A stretch of 64,000 nucleotides of DNA from Lama glama (GCA_028534125.1 CM052818.1:31808001-31872000), one strand, 5' to 3'; shown: positions 27,455-42,499, counted from the first letter of the stretch. Numbers and translations are program-made. Notes: a model not told the origin generated them from the sequence alone.

Positions 27455-27668
27455 GATGGAGGGAGGGCGGGGCTGGCTGTGTGCTTTTCTCAATGAAAGC
27501 AGAGGCCTCTAGATTTGCATTGGAGCGGACCTCGCCTCTACATTGGCTTGCGGGTGCGAGCAGGGGCGGAGCTGGCCTGCGTGGGCCCAGCCACGGCGCG
27601 GAATTGACGTTCGAGCCCCGCCCCCACTTCGGCCCCGCCCCATCTCGGCGCGCTCTCGCGGCTCCGCC

Positions 27669-27675
<7 letters not shown>
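27455..27675 (+). promoter_or_regulatory. TATA-less ALK proximal promoter
   Basis: GC boxes (GGGCGGGG ~27465, GGGGCGGAG ~27563, CCCCGCCCC at 27616 and 27633), octamer ATTTGCAT 27513-27520, inverted CCAAT (ATTGG) at 27519 and 27542, TGACGT at 27605, E-box CAGCTG at 27668. Confidence 0.7.
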
Positions 27676-29431
<1,756 letters not shown>

Positions 29432-32400
29432 AAAACCGCAGTCCGTGGTTCTTAGCCGCCTTTCTTCCTTCCGCAAACCTCCTTCCCCAGTTAGACCGTA
29501 TTTTCTTATTTTCTCCCCTACTGCAGTCACTCCTCTAGGGTTTGCCTTCCTTTCCAGCAACCAAATTGGGAAAAGAATTTCTTGTTCTTGGTAGAATGAC
29601 TTTTTCTACCGACTTACACAGGATTTCAGCCAAAATTAGATGCCGTTCTTCTGGAGCCCCTGGAACAGTTGAAATTCCTCTGTTACTTCTGTGTTCTGAG
29701 AGCTTAGTTCTAGATCTCAAAACTGTTGCCCTTTTCCCCTTCCCCTTGTTCCTCTTCCTGGCCACTACAGGTATGGGGAATGTGATACACTTTGTCAGAG
29801 AATATAGAACTTCTCTTCATATTATTGAAACCCACCTGGTTATCCCCTCCATATTCGGTTACTAGGAATTGCCTCTTCTTCATTAATTCATTCTGCTCTC
29901 CACCCAACCCCAGGCTACTATCCACTCAGACTCTTGTTCTTCCTCTCAGATGTGTTGGGAGAACCCTAGAGGAACTAAGGGACATAGGGCACGAGGGATA
30001 TGTGGAGAGATGGAGCAAAGTTGCCAAGATTCTTTTCCTTTGAGGAAATCACTCTGAAGCCAGGAAGAGACAGTAGTTGATTTCCCTTTCTTCCTCTGCC
30101 CTCCATCCCTTCCCTCCAATTCTGAGCTTGAATGCCTGCAGCAGCAGATCTGGATGACAGTCTCTGGCAGGCCTATTTCACTGCAGATCTCTCTGCTGGA
30201 GACTCCTGAAATGAAGTTTCTGTTTCATTACTCCCTCATTTCCTTCCTATATTCCCAGAGTTGGGGGTATATATGTAGGCACTTACTTCTAACTCTTCCT
30301 ATAATACCCTTTGACTGGAAAACCAAGTGGTTTTGAATGGATGTTCTCTTGTAAGACCATTGGGGAAAGACTTGTGAATAAAATATACAATGTAAATGAA
30401 TGAGAAAGCACAGAAAAGAAATCATGCCTTTTAAAAGCCTACACTAATTCCATTGAGCAAAACTCAGCAGCTTTTCTATCATTCTCATCATCAGAAATAA
30501 ATGAAATTCTTATGCTCCACTGGTTACTAATGTCTAGTATTAATTGGACAGAAAGCATTGAAAAAAGCCCATTGTGGAGTCACAAGTATTTCCCATGCTT
30601 GTCCCAATACACACACATACTCCCACCTACACCCAGTAGTCTCATGCAGCAACGATATTCAGAAGCTGAGGTTTCTCTGTCATTGCAGAGGAAACATTCT
30701 GGTGTGTTTTCCCCAAGGAAGACAGAGTCTGGATGCATATTTCAGCATTAACATTGGTGGCATTGGCACCTAAAATGACCCCTTTGGGTTCAATGTTGAA
30801 ATTTATACTACTACATAGTAAAAGGCAAGGTCTGATGAATTTGATAGTGCCTTCTGTGAACTGAGATGGGAGACCAATACTGTTGTCTCACCACAGATAC
30901 TTTTGTGAAGAACAGCTGTGCTTTAATATCGTCTTGGCTTCTGTGGTTTATACATGCAACATTCTCTTCTAGTGCCTAATGTTTTTGTAATGGATATAAA
31001 AAATACTTCTCTGGGAATGCAGATTTTCTTCCACTTTCTTGTCTCTGAGCGGCTCTGGAGCTTTCCCATCACCTCTTGTTAAATTACTGTAGGCCCTAGC
31101 AGTCTAGATCCAGCTATTGTCAGATGTTGGTGACAGACAAAAGAGGTCCTTTCTGCAGCCCTGAACTCACCCACTATAAACAGGCAGGTTGCATTAAGTT
31201 ATCAGTGATGTTTCTGAAGAGTCACACGCTTCATGCTTTTGAAAAATATACTCCAGTCAAGTGTTAGATAAGAAGTTGAAGCTGCTGAGTTGGGGAGTTC
31301 CATAGAGAGATTACTGTGCTCCAGGAGCTGCTCTGCTACTGGCAGGAGGGAAGCACAATGAGCATCCCAAGTCCTCTCACAGCAACACAGTCCATTTGGC
31401 AGCTGGACCAAGCCCTTATGCATCACTTGACACATCTAGCAATGCTGGTTTTAGAAAGAGCCAGGATTCTGCCATTAAAAGGCTAGAAATTTTGGCCGAG
31501 CATTTTTCAGCAGGATTGGGATTGAATGATTATTGATGGGATTAAATAAGACACTAACTGTAACTGGATGAGCTCCCCATGACCTGCAGAGAGACAGACA
31601 GCTTATTGAAAAGCACTTCGGGCCTTATGGTGATCATACTTGGAACAGGCTGGACTCTCCTTCTCTGAGACATATACTGTCTTCAATTAGGCAGCTGGCC
31701 ATGCAAGACTAGCTTCTAGCCTTACCATTGCCTCCCCAGCCTCACTCAGATACAGTCTCCACGGCAGACTCTCCGTGGAGGGAGTGGACACACCCTTCTA
31801 TATTGTGTTGTGTTTCACATATATCATTGTGGTTTCATTTTCTTGTATGAAAATTGAAGCTTAGGTTCTCACACTTGGATTGATTTTGCTATTTATCATG
31901 TTTGAGAAAATGGGTTTATTCTTTTTATATATGCTCTGATTTATAGAAAAGGAATTTAACTATTCTGTGAGATAGGCTCTTCAATCATGCAAAGGGAAAA
32001 TAGGCACAACTCAGCTAATTTCTCCCTGCTTCTGCCCAAGTGACTGACAATCTGGTCTAAAAGGGCATGGCCTTGCTGATCTGTGGGGAGGGAAGAGAAG
32101 AGGATAGGTTTTCTGCCACCTCTTGTGGTGAGGGGCCTGGATTAGCCCATTTGTATCAGACTAAAGATAGGTTACCACTCCTGAGCAGGACCATGACTAG
32201 GAATGTGGTAAAAGTGGAAAAGCACCTAGTTAGGACAAAGCAATACCTTTGTATTGCTTGCAGTTTGGGCTATCTGAGAGAACAAAAAAGGATGTCTGAG
32301 AGTAATGCATGACTTACTAATGGTTTTTCTTTGTGGATTGCTTTGAATTCATAAGTGGGATCAGTGTTTCAAAGTCTGAAGCAGTTCCCCAGAGTACCCA

Positions 32401-32849
32401 TTTATGGAGAAGGAGAGAGGCAATTGCTGGGACTGTGTAAATGGTGTTCACCATTCTGGGACAGATCAAACTTCAAAAAAGATATCTGCCTGGAGGCTGT
32501 GACATTGCCCACAGCTCCACTTTATAACCTTTTTTGTAGATGTTTTCACATCTTGCTTCTGCCATCCTCCAGGCATCCTCCAGAGAATAATAACCTGTGG
32601 GATAAGAGGGCCTATTTCTCTGTTAATATCCTCCTTCCCACTCCAGGAAAGGGGATATATGACTTGGAACTTCATATGTACTATGGAGAGGCCTAAGCAA
32701 TTTAAAGTAGATGTATGCAATGCAGTACACCTGACCCTTGACCTCACATATCTGTCAGTCTCTTCCCATTTTGTTTCTGGAAAGGACAAAGAGAGAGAGA
32801 AAGAAGATAGAGAGGTAATTGGAGCTCCCAAAAGGAATATCAGTTATTG

Positions 32850-33180
32850 GAGGTGAAATTGGAGGAGTTGAAACTAGTCCAGAGAAGAGCAGAGAGTCCC
32901 TGTGAAGGGACTGATTTATGATGAAAGATGAAAAGAATTAAATATATATAGCTGGGCTAAGTGGTGATGAAGGGAAAGCCGTGGTAACAATCTACAAATC
33001 TCTGAAGAGGGAGAGTGGCAGTGAAGGATAAGAGTTCTTTAGTGTGGCCCACAAAAGTAATAGGATGAGACTTGTAGAAGGAAACTTCAGGTTGGATATC
33101 AGGGAAACCTTGTTTTCTGAAATTGATACTCCTCTGACTATTGAATAGAATTCCAGAGGAACAAACGAGTAAGGTAAGAT
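32850..33180 (+). mobile_element. Ancient CR1/L3 LINE fragment (ORF2 end)
   Basis: GTCCAGAGAAGAGC..ATGATGAAAGATGAAAAGAATTAAA..TCTACAAATCTCTGAAG..TTCAGGTTGGATATCAGGGAAA resembles CR1/L3. Confidence 0.55.
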
Positions 33181-33837
33181 GTGGGTCAGACAAGCCACAA
33201 CATTCATAATTAATCAGTTCTATATTTTCACATGTTGAGAAGCCACAACAGACAGGAGAGCCAGAATGGGAAACAGCAGCAGGGATCAGAATCTCTTGGG
33301 ATACAACTCTCGAAAGCCTCTGAGTATTGGTGTTTCCAGGAGGAAAAGAAAACAATTGCATATGTATCTTTGAAGTTTGTGAGAAATGCTTAAAAGAAGA
33401 TTGTTAGTATCTTGGAAAAAATATCTTGAAATTACTGTTTATTCTTCTGTTACTAGATTAAACAGAGTATTTCTCTAGGGTGTTGTCTGTATATCCAGTA
33501 GGGGGAGGCACACTCACCCAGCACTGTGCATCTTACATGTATTTAAAGGTGTGTGTGGCATCAAGTCATAGGGCGAGACAAAAGGAACCTGGGTCTTGAG
33601 AAATGAGATCAGTTCTAGATTTGGTGGAACCTCCTAATGGCTATGTGAAAACCCTTTGAAATGCTGAGAATACATATAGCTATTTGAAAGATGAAGTTCA
33701 TCTAAATCCATCTGATCCTTTCACAAATTTACCAAAGAAAAGGTCCATTAGAGGTTTGTGCTTGTGTAGGAGGAGAGTGTTAACATTAATAAAAAGAATG
33801 CTTTTATTTATTTATTTTTTCAATTAAAAAATCATTT

Positions 33838-34352
33838 TATTAGTATCCCGTGGCTGCTGTAACAAATTACTACAATCTTGGTGACTTAAAACAACAAATT
33901 TATTCCCTCACAGTTTTGGAGGCCAGAAGTCCAAAATCAAGTGTCAGCAGGGATGAGTTTCCTCTGAAGACTCTGGGGAGGTTCAGTTTCTTGTCTCTTC
34001 CTGCCAACTTCTGGTAGCTCCAAGTGCTTCTTGACTTGTGACTACATTGTTCCCATCTCTGCCTCCTTGGTCACATCTCCTTCTCCTCTGTGTGTCTGGC
34101 TCAGGGCTGCATCACTCCAGTCTCTGCCTCTGTCTTCACATGGCCTCCTTCTCTTCTGTCCATGTGTCTTTCTTTTGTGTGTCTCTTTTAAAGATTCTTG
34201 CCATTAGATTTAGGGCCTACCCAGATAGTCTTGGATGACTTCCTCTTAATTACATCTGCAAAGACTCTTTTTACAAATAAGTTAACATTCACAGGCCCTA
34301 TGGATGTTTATGTGGATATATCTGTTGAGGAGCCACCGTTCAATCCACTACA
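33838..34352 (-). mobile_element. MaLR LTR (MLT1C-like), lying inside an L1 3' transduction
   Basis: TATTAGT..GGCTGCTGTAACAAATTAC..GGAGGCCAGAAGTCCAAAATCAAG..TTAATTACATCTGCAAAGAC..TTCAATCCACTACA. Confidence 0.85.
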
Positions 34353-34514
34353 ACAGTGAAAGGAGAAAAATGTCCTATTTCAAGTACCCCAGTCCCAGAG
34401 ACTTAACTCACTGTAGCATCATGTAATTATATATGCACCAAGGTAGTTACCGTTTTATTTTACTTGGCAGCAGAAATGAGGTTGTTAATTTTCTTTTTTT
34501 CATGTTTATCTGCA

Positions 34515-35593
34515 TTTTAAAACATTTTTTATTGAGTTATAGTCATTTTACAATGTTGTCAAATTCCAGTGTAGAGCACAATTTTTCAGTTATACATGAA
34601 CATACATATATTCATTGTCACATTTTTTTTCACTGTGAACTACCACAAGATCTTGTATATATTTCCCTGTGCTATACAGTATAATCTTGTTTATCTATTC
34701 TGTGTATGCCTGTCACTATCTACAACTTTTGAAATCCCAGTCTGTCCCTTCCCACCCCCTGCCCCCTTGGCAACCACAAGTTTGTGTTCTATGTCTATGA
34801 GTCTGTTTCTGTTTCGTATTTATGTTCTTTTTTTTTTTTTTTTTTTAGATTTCACATATGAGCAATCTCATACGGTATTTTTCTTTCTCTTTCTGGCTTA
34901 CTTCACTTAGAATGACATTCTCCAGGAGCATCCATGTTGCTGCAAATGGCTTTATGTTGTTGGTTTTTATGGCTGAATCGTATTCCATTGTATAAATATA
35001 CCACAGCATCTTTATCTAGTCATCTGTCAATGGACATTTAGGCTGTTTCCATGTCTTGGCTGTTGTAAATAGTGCTGCTATGAACATTGGGGTGCAGGTG
35101 TCATTTTGAAATAGGATTCCTTCTGGATATATGCCCAGGAGCGGGATTACTGGGTCATATGGTAAGTCTATTCCTAGTCTTTTGAAGAATCTCCATACTG
35201 TTTTCCACAGTGGCTTCACCAAACTGCATTCCCACCAGCAGTGTAGGAGGGTTCCCTTTTCTCCACAGCCTCTCCAGCATTTGTCATTTGTGGACTTTTG
35301 AATGATGGCCATTCTGACTGGTGTGAGGTGATACCTCCTTGTAGTTTTGATTTGCATTTGTCTGATAATTAGTGATATTGAGCATTTTTTCATGTGCCTA
35401 TTGATCATTTGTATGTCTTCCTTGGAGAATTGCTTGTTTAGATCTTCTGCCAATTTCTGGATTGGGTTGTTTGTTTTTTTCTTAAGTCACATGAGCTGCT
35501 TATATATTCTGGAGATCAAGCCTTGGTCGGTTTCATCGTTTGCAAAAATTTTTTCCCATTCTGTAGGTTGTCATTTTGTTTTACTTATAGTAT
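34515..35593 (-). mobile_element. Young 5'-truncated L1 (ORF2 C-terminus and 3'UTR)
   Basis: Open 145-aa ORF2 C-terminal frame (35016-35453) with CCHC motif [19 protein letters not shown]; own AATAAA at 34528-34533 on the minus strand. Confidence 0.93.
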
Positions 35594-36189
35594 GAATGCT
35601 TTTATAAGGCAGTTTTGTCTGCTGAAGTTGAGGAGGGACTGGCCTGTGGGTGGGAGAAGAAGGGGAGAGTTGTGTGGGCAGAATTTGCAGCATACTGCCA
35701 CTCTTAGGATTACTGCCTGATAACTTCACTTCATGAGAATTTGCCCAGCCTGTCTTGTAAAGGACATTTTGCCTTTCTTTATAACCATTGTTAATGTCCT
35801 GTTACAGTCATATGGGACTTTATAAATCACTTTCACAATTACTATTTTTACCAATCCTGCAATAGGAAGGGCAAGTATTTGCTTTATTTTGTAAATGGGG
35901 TAACTGGAGTCCAGAAGTTTGATAACACATTATCAAGGTCATTCAGATAAAAAGTTTTAGATCTGGAAACTTTTACTTACGTGTTGAGAGGTTATGAGTT
36001 GCAAATGACATGGTAGGTACTAATTAGGACCACAAATCTCCTTGCTTTCAAATCAGAGCTCTTTCCAACTAAGGGAAGCATCTCACAGTACATATTACAA
36101 ACAATCAAGACACATAAATAGATAAAATATTTACATTATCCTTGTCAGAAGGCCATATGATAAATATTTGATGGGCAATAGCCATGACC

Positions 36190-36360
36190 TGGAAGCGTTT
36201 CTTAAAATCTTTAAGGCCCAGTTTCATCATTGGAAAAATGGGTATAGTTATAGTTCCTGTCTCAAGATGTTATCATGAATATTAAATTAGATGATGCATG
36301 TAAATCCTTAACCTAATGCCTGACACATCATAAACTGCTCTGTCAATATGAATAATTATA
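36190..36360 (+). mobile_element. MIR SINE
   Basis: CAGTTTCATCATTGGAAAAATGGG..ATTAAATTAGATGATGCATGTAAA..TGCCTGACACAT. Confidence 0.65.
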
Positions 36361-36384
36361 AGTTTTCCTAGAAACAGCAACACT

Positions 36385-36510
36385 TCAGCATCTGGTTGTG
36401 CAGGTTGTGTACTCTGCAATTCCAAGTGTTCCATATATATTTTAGTTTATTTGAATGGTGCTACATGGAGTTGTACAATCTTCATGTGTGGCAATACATG
36501 ACAACCCTGG
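36385..36510. mobile_element. MER91-like hAT MITE
   Basis: GGTTGTGCAGGTTGTGTACTCTGCAATTCCA...TGGAGTTGTACAA..ACAACCCTG quasi-palindromic structure. Confidence 0.45.
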
Positions 36511-38089
36511 CAGCAGTTGTGATACTGTGGGTTTCCCATACAGCTAACTTCTAACTCCCGAGAGCTGAGAGATGAGATTCGGTAAAAATGCAGAGTGACC
36601 AGGGTGGTAGTTTCTATTATCCCATCGTGGAAAGCCTGTCTTTCCCAGAACTGTGGTTGAGAAGGATTAAGGTGTGGTATTTATTTTATTCCAATCAACT
36701 AGCATTCTCTTATAGGTCTTTTGACCTTCGATTCAGTCCAAAGATTCAAACAGCTTATTTATAATCCAATTCTACTTTGCTATAGAAGAAAAGAAGAAAC
36801 CAAGAAACAAAGCCTTAACTTTATGAAAGTATGAAAACTAATACTGAGGAAGAAAAAGAGACATTAAAAGAGTAGTTTTCAGTTGGTGGATCTTCCCTAG
36901 CTGAGTGTGATCTGTGCAGTCAGGTCCCACTATGTCCAGAGACATGCTGGACCACTGACCTCTGATAAATCTTTTATTGTAAGTAGCTGTGTAAGTAGCT
37001 GGAGCTGTGCCCTTCCTGTACATTTCTAGCCTCACAATTAATTGTCAAGTGAGGGATGGAAAGTACCTGGTTAATGGACATGAACCCATGAAAAGCAATT
37101 AAAATTTTGAGATTCTGTGGAGACACATAGCTCAGGGACTTGAATGGAAGGCTGTCTTAAGAAGGTTCCTCAATCTAAAAGAAGCTGTTAAGCATCCACA
37201 CTGCATTTTGTAGGTGATTTTTTTTAATGAGCCATAGCTGAGCCACTGCCTCCAAAAGAAGCACATGGACATCATCTCTGCTTGGGAGTAGATGAAGATA
37301 AGTGTTGGTGAGGATGGTTATAGGCCCAGAGGTCATGTGGAAAGAGCTATGAATAGAGCTAGCAAGGAGCCCTATGGATGTCTTCTGTGGTGTGGCCACT
37401 GTTTCTTAACCTAGTGAAGACCTAAGCTCTTCTACTCAATCACAGTGTGAGTTAGGAACAGTTAAAAGTGAGTGTCGGCCTGGTGGTGAAGTAGTCAGTG
37501 GGTGGGAGGCATCCTAGTACCTTTTTGGGTGAGCCAGGTTTCTTAGAACAACTTTTTTTCTTTAGTAAATCTTGTGATGAATTTTCCAGCTGGGCTCTTC
37601 TGAGCTTGGGTCCTTTCCCAGGGAGATTCAATCAGATTCACTTGGTGATATAACATAGGAATTACAGAAAGTGGGAGGTCCCAGGTCAGGGCAGAAGGAG
37701 AGCTCTCTTGGGGCAGATACACCTAACCACGTGCTTAATTAAGAGTCTTTGTTCCTTGAATCATCCTCTTCTAGCTAAGTAATAACAGGTACATGAAGAG
37801 GTAGGCAGGAAGAATTCCCAGGAGTAAGGGAAAGTATTAAAATAAAGTATGAAAATAAAGGAAATCTAAGCAAGCTTAAAGGAAATCAGGCAACTAGCCA
37901 AAGGAAATCAGAAGGAAAATTTAAACCATTGGCTGTGTTTTTCTTTTACCCTTATTTGTGTTTTATTCAGTTTTTATTGGAGTATGGGTTTATGAGGGTG
38001 GCACAGGCAGAACTCCTTTATAGATTCTTTCTACATTCTCAGCCAAGATAATTAGGATAAATATTCTTTGGTGAACATGAGTGTTGAAG

Positions 38090-38330
38090 ATGAGTGTTTG
38101 TGAGGATGGTTATAGATTAGGAGCTAGAAGGCCTAGATTCTGTTACAATATTTCCCCTTTATTAGCTTTGAAAGCTTGGGCAACTCCCTTAAGCTTCCTG
38201 AGCCTATGGGTTTTTGTTCCTAAAGGAGATAATACAGATCTTGTCTTGACTGTCTCATGGAGTCATTATGAGCATTGTATGAGATAACCCGTGTGGAAGG
38301 CTCCAGCGTGGATTATTCAGAAATAAATAT
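38090..38330 (+). mobile_element. MIR SINE
   Basis: TTGGGCAACTCCCTTAAGCTTCCTGAGCC..GAGATAATA. Confidence 0.55.
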
Positions 38331-38629
38331 ATAAGGCAGTAGAAGAATGAATACACAATATCAAAAAGGTACTGAAGTTCTGCTTTATCCATCCATGGTT
38401 TCAGCCAACCCTTGGCATTACAAACAGCAGTACAAGGTTTCAGACTTTGAGGCAGGCCTGAAGTTCAGTAACAGCCCAGCAATACTGAAAAGGAGTTGTG
38501 TAGCTCCTCCCCAAGGTTCCTAAAAATGAAGTTCTTTCATTGAAATCAATTTGCCTAATTCCAGACTTCTCTGAAAGTGAATCTCTGGTAGTGGAACAGA
38601 GGCACCTGAATTTTAACATCAGAAAATTA

Positions 38630-39034
38630 TTTGTTTTTAAATTGAAGGATGACAAATTCAGTAAAGTGGATTGAGTGCATTGATCTTGTGTACTGCTTGA
38701 TGATAATTCACACATACAACATCCATGTAATCACCACCCAGATGAAGATGCAAGATGTTTACAGCATCCCCAGAAAGTTCCCTCCTATCTTTTGCCAGTC
38801 TGAGTCTACCCCCCACCAAAGATAACCATCCTTCTAATTTCCATATTATCAGTTAGTTTTGCCTATTTTTGAACTTCATGTAGATGGAATCATATCACAT
38901 ATACTATTTTGTATCTGGCTTCTTTTATTCAACATGATTTCTGTGGGACTCATCAATGTCATTGTGTGTACCAGCTTGCTTTCTTTTTCTTAAATTGCTG
39001 TGTTGTATTCCTTTATATTAATATAATACCAATT
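38630..39034 (-). mobile_element. Old L1M 3' fragment, interrupted by a younger L1
   Basis: CCATGTAATCACCACCCAGAT..CCCAGAAAGTTCCCTC..TTAGTTTTGCCT..GAACTTCAT..ATGGAATCATA; appears to resume briefly at ~41612. Confidence 0.7.
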
Positions 39035-41611
39035 TTTCTGCATGTATATATATACACACACATATATTTGTTTTCATATTCTTTTTCATTACAGGTTATT
39101 TCAAGGTATTGCACACAGTTCCCTGTGCTATACAGAAGAAATTTGTTTTTCATATATTTTATATATAATGGTTAACCTTTGCAAATCTCAAACTCCCAAA
39201 TAAATCCCTTCCTATACCCCTTCCCCCAAGTAACCATAAAATTGTTTACTATGTCTGTGAGTCTGTTTCTGTTTTGTAGATGAGTTCATTAGTGTCCTCT
39301 TTTTCTTTTTTTCTTTTAGATTCCACATATGAGTGATATCATATGGTATTTTTCTTTTTCTTTCTTACTTACTTAGAATGACAATCTCCAGGTCCTTCCA
39401 TGTTGCTGCAAATGGCATTATTTTATATATATATTTTTATTACTGAGTAGTATTCCATTGTATAAATATACCACAACTTCTTTATCCAGTCATCTGTCGA
39501 TGGACATTTAGGTTGTTTCCATGTCTTGGCAATTGTATATAGTGGTGCTGTGAACATTGGGGTGCATGTATCTTTTCGAATTAGAGTTCCCTACAGATAT
39601 ATGCTCAGGAGTGGGGTTGCTGGATCATATGGTCTTTTTTTTTTTTGAGGAATCTCCATACTGTTTTCCATAATGGCTGCACCAAAATACATTCCCACCA
39701 ACAGTGTAGGAGGGTTCCCTTTTCTCCACACCCTCTCCAGCAGTTACTGTTTGTGGACTTTCAAATGATGGCTATTCTGACTGGTGAGATGATACCTCAC
39801 TGTAGTTTTCATTTACATGTCTCTGATAATTAGCAATATTGAGTATTTTTTCATGTGCCTATTGGCCATTTGTGTATCTTCATTGGAGAATTGCTTGTTT
39901 AGGTCTTCTGCCCATTTTTGGATTGGGTTTTTTTTTTATTAAGTTGTATGAGCTCTTTATGTATTCTGGAAATTAAGCTTTTGTTGGTCACATTATTTAC
40001 AAATATTTTCTCCTATTCCATAGATTGTTGTTTTGTTTTGCTTATGGTTTCCCTTGCTGTGCAAAAGCTTATAAATTTAATTAGGCCCCATTTGTTAATT
40101 TTTGCGTTTATTTCTATTGCCTGGTTTGGCTGCCCTAGGAGAACATTGCTAAGATTTATGTCAGAGAATGTTTTACCTATGTTCTCTTCTAGGGGGTTTA
40201 TCGTATCTTGTCTTATATTTAAGTCTTTAAGCCATTTTGAGTTTATTTTTGTGTATGGTGTGAGGGAGTGTTCTAACTTCATTGAATTACATGCTGCTAT
40301 CCAGTTTTCCCAATACCACTTGCTGAAGAGACTGTCTTTTTATCATTGTGCATTCTTGCCTCCTTTATTGAAGATTAATTGACTGTAGATCTGTGGGTTT
40401 ATTTCTGGGCTCTCTGTTCTGTTCCATTGAGCCATATGTCTGTTTTTGTGCCAATACCACACTGTTTTGATTACTAACTGTAGCTCTGGAGTATTGTCTG
40501 AAGTCTGAGAGGGTTATTCCTCCAGCTTTCTTCTTTTTCTTCAAAATTGCTTTGGCAATTCTAGGTCTTTTGTGATTCTACATAAATTTTAGGATTGTTC
40601 TAGTTTTGTGAAAAATGTCCTGGGTAATTTGATAGGGATCTCATTAAATCTGTAGATTGCCTTGGGCAATATGGCCATTTTAACAATAATTGATTCTTCC
40701 AATCCAAGAGCATGGGATATCTTCCCATTTCTTTAGGTCATCTTTAATTTCCTTAATCAATGTTTTGTAGTTCTCCATGTCTAAGTCTTTCACCTCCTTG
40801 GTCAGATTTATTCCTAAGTATTTTATTGTTTTGGATGAGATTTTAAAGAGGATTGTTTCTTTACTTTATTTTCCTGCTATTTCATTGTTAGTGTAAAGAA
40901 ATGCACTTTTGAATGATGGGCATTCTGACTGGTGTGAGATGATACCTCATTGTAGTTTTGATTTACGTGTCTCTGATAATTAGCAATATTAAGCTAACTG
41001 AGCAGTATTGATTTCTGTATGTTAATCTTGTATCCTGCTACCTTTCTGAATTCTTTTATCAGCGCTAGTAGTTTTTGTGTGGCACTTTTAGGGTTTTCTA
41101 TATATAGTATCATGTCATCCCCATATAGTGACAATTTTACCTCTTCTCTTACAATTTGGATCCCTTTTATTTCTTTTTCTTGCCTGATGGCTGTGGTTAG
41201 GACTTCCAAGGCTATGTTGAATAGAAATGGTGAGAGTGAGTATCCTTGTCTTGTTCCAGGTTTTAGTGGGAAGGCTTTCAGTTTTTCACTGTTGGGTATT
41301 ATGCTGGCCATGGGTTTGTCATAAATAATAGCTTTTATTATGTTAAGATGTGTTCCCTCTATACCCACTTTAGTGAGAGTTTTTATCATAAATGGGTGTT
41401 GAATTTTGTCAGATGCTTTTTTTTTCATCTATTGAGATTGTCATGTGATTTTTGTCTTTTCTTTTGTTGATATGGTGTATCACATTGATTTGTGTATGTT
41501 CAATCATCCTTGTGTCCCTGGGATGAATCCAGCTTGATCATGGTGCATGATCTTTTTTATGTGCTGTTGGATTCTGTTTGCTAATATATTGTTGAGGATT
41601 TTTGTATCTGT
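39035..41611 (-). mobile_element. Cetartiodactyl-type L1, 5'-truncated within the RT domain, disrupted ORF2
   Basis: RT peptide ..[43 protein letters not shown] (40994-41428) and [24 protein letters not shown] (40013-40282). Confidence 0.93.
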
Positions 41612-41709
41612 GTAATGTAACACTATTTATTTATACATTTTCCTATCAAGGAATTGGACTTGTGGGAAATGAAAAGAGTAAGAGACTATTCCAAATAATA
41701 GGTAGAATA

Positions 41710-41905
41710 AGTCAAAGATCTGGGGTTGAAGCCCTGTCCTGCCATTTACTGGCCCAAAGCTATTTATTTTCTTCTTTGAACTTCAGTTTTCTTATTTATA
41801 AAGTGAGAAAAATAATATCTATCTCCCAGGGTTATTGTGAGAAGTAAATAAGATAAAGCATGTACTAAGCCCTGACACACAGTTGGTATTCAACAAGTGT
41901 TTGTT
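41710..41905 (+). mobile_element. MIR SINE
   Basis: CTTCAGTTTTCTTATTTATAAAGTGAG..CAGGGTTATTGTGAG. Confidence 0.65.
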
Positions 41906-42499
41906 TTTTCCCCGGTTCTTGATTGCATTTTTTCCATTGGTGGCCAGAATGGATACTTCAAAAGCTTCCTAAAGCAGGGAAGGGGGCCCTTGTTAGAAGT
42001 GAGATCATTAACTCACAGAGAGAAAAGTAACAATCAAGGACTATGTAAGTTACATGTAATAAGTCTTAATGAATAATTTTATTTATAAATAAAATAATTT
42101 TAATAAAACAAATAACTTCTTGCACTCACTCTTAAAATTAACAAATAAAATACTCAATAAAGAAATCAAAAATTTAAAAATTCTTTGGTCTTATATTCAG
42201 GTTGGTTAAAGGAGAGGGGAAAAAGTGTAAAGGAGACAGAAAAAGGAGGGTAGAAACACAACCACATTTACATGAAGGAGAGACAAAACTGAGAATGACA
42301 GAGATATAAGTGGAGAAACAGAGAGAGGAATGTGTAAGAGGAGGTAACCCAGGAAAATAGAAGGCAGGAATTATCTTTCGGAGACTGAGGTGCATAGATA
42401 CGGAAAAAGAGATCAAAAGAGTGATAGAGAATAGGAGGAGGGAGTGGGGAGGAGGAGGGAAAGAACTAATTATTTTTGGTCTGAAAGGTAACATCTGAT

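Noticed and set aside
31757..31780. CTCCACGG/CCGTGGAG 8-bp inverted repeat
   Set aside because: Too short to distinguish from chance in 64 kb.
39015..41630. TSD around the 39035-41611 L1
   Set aside because: The flanks (TAATATAATACC versus TAATGTAACACT) are only loosely similar AT-rich sequence and cannot be supported as a TSD.
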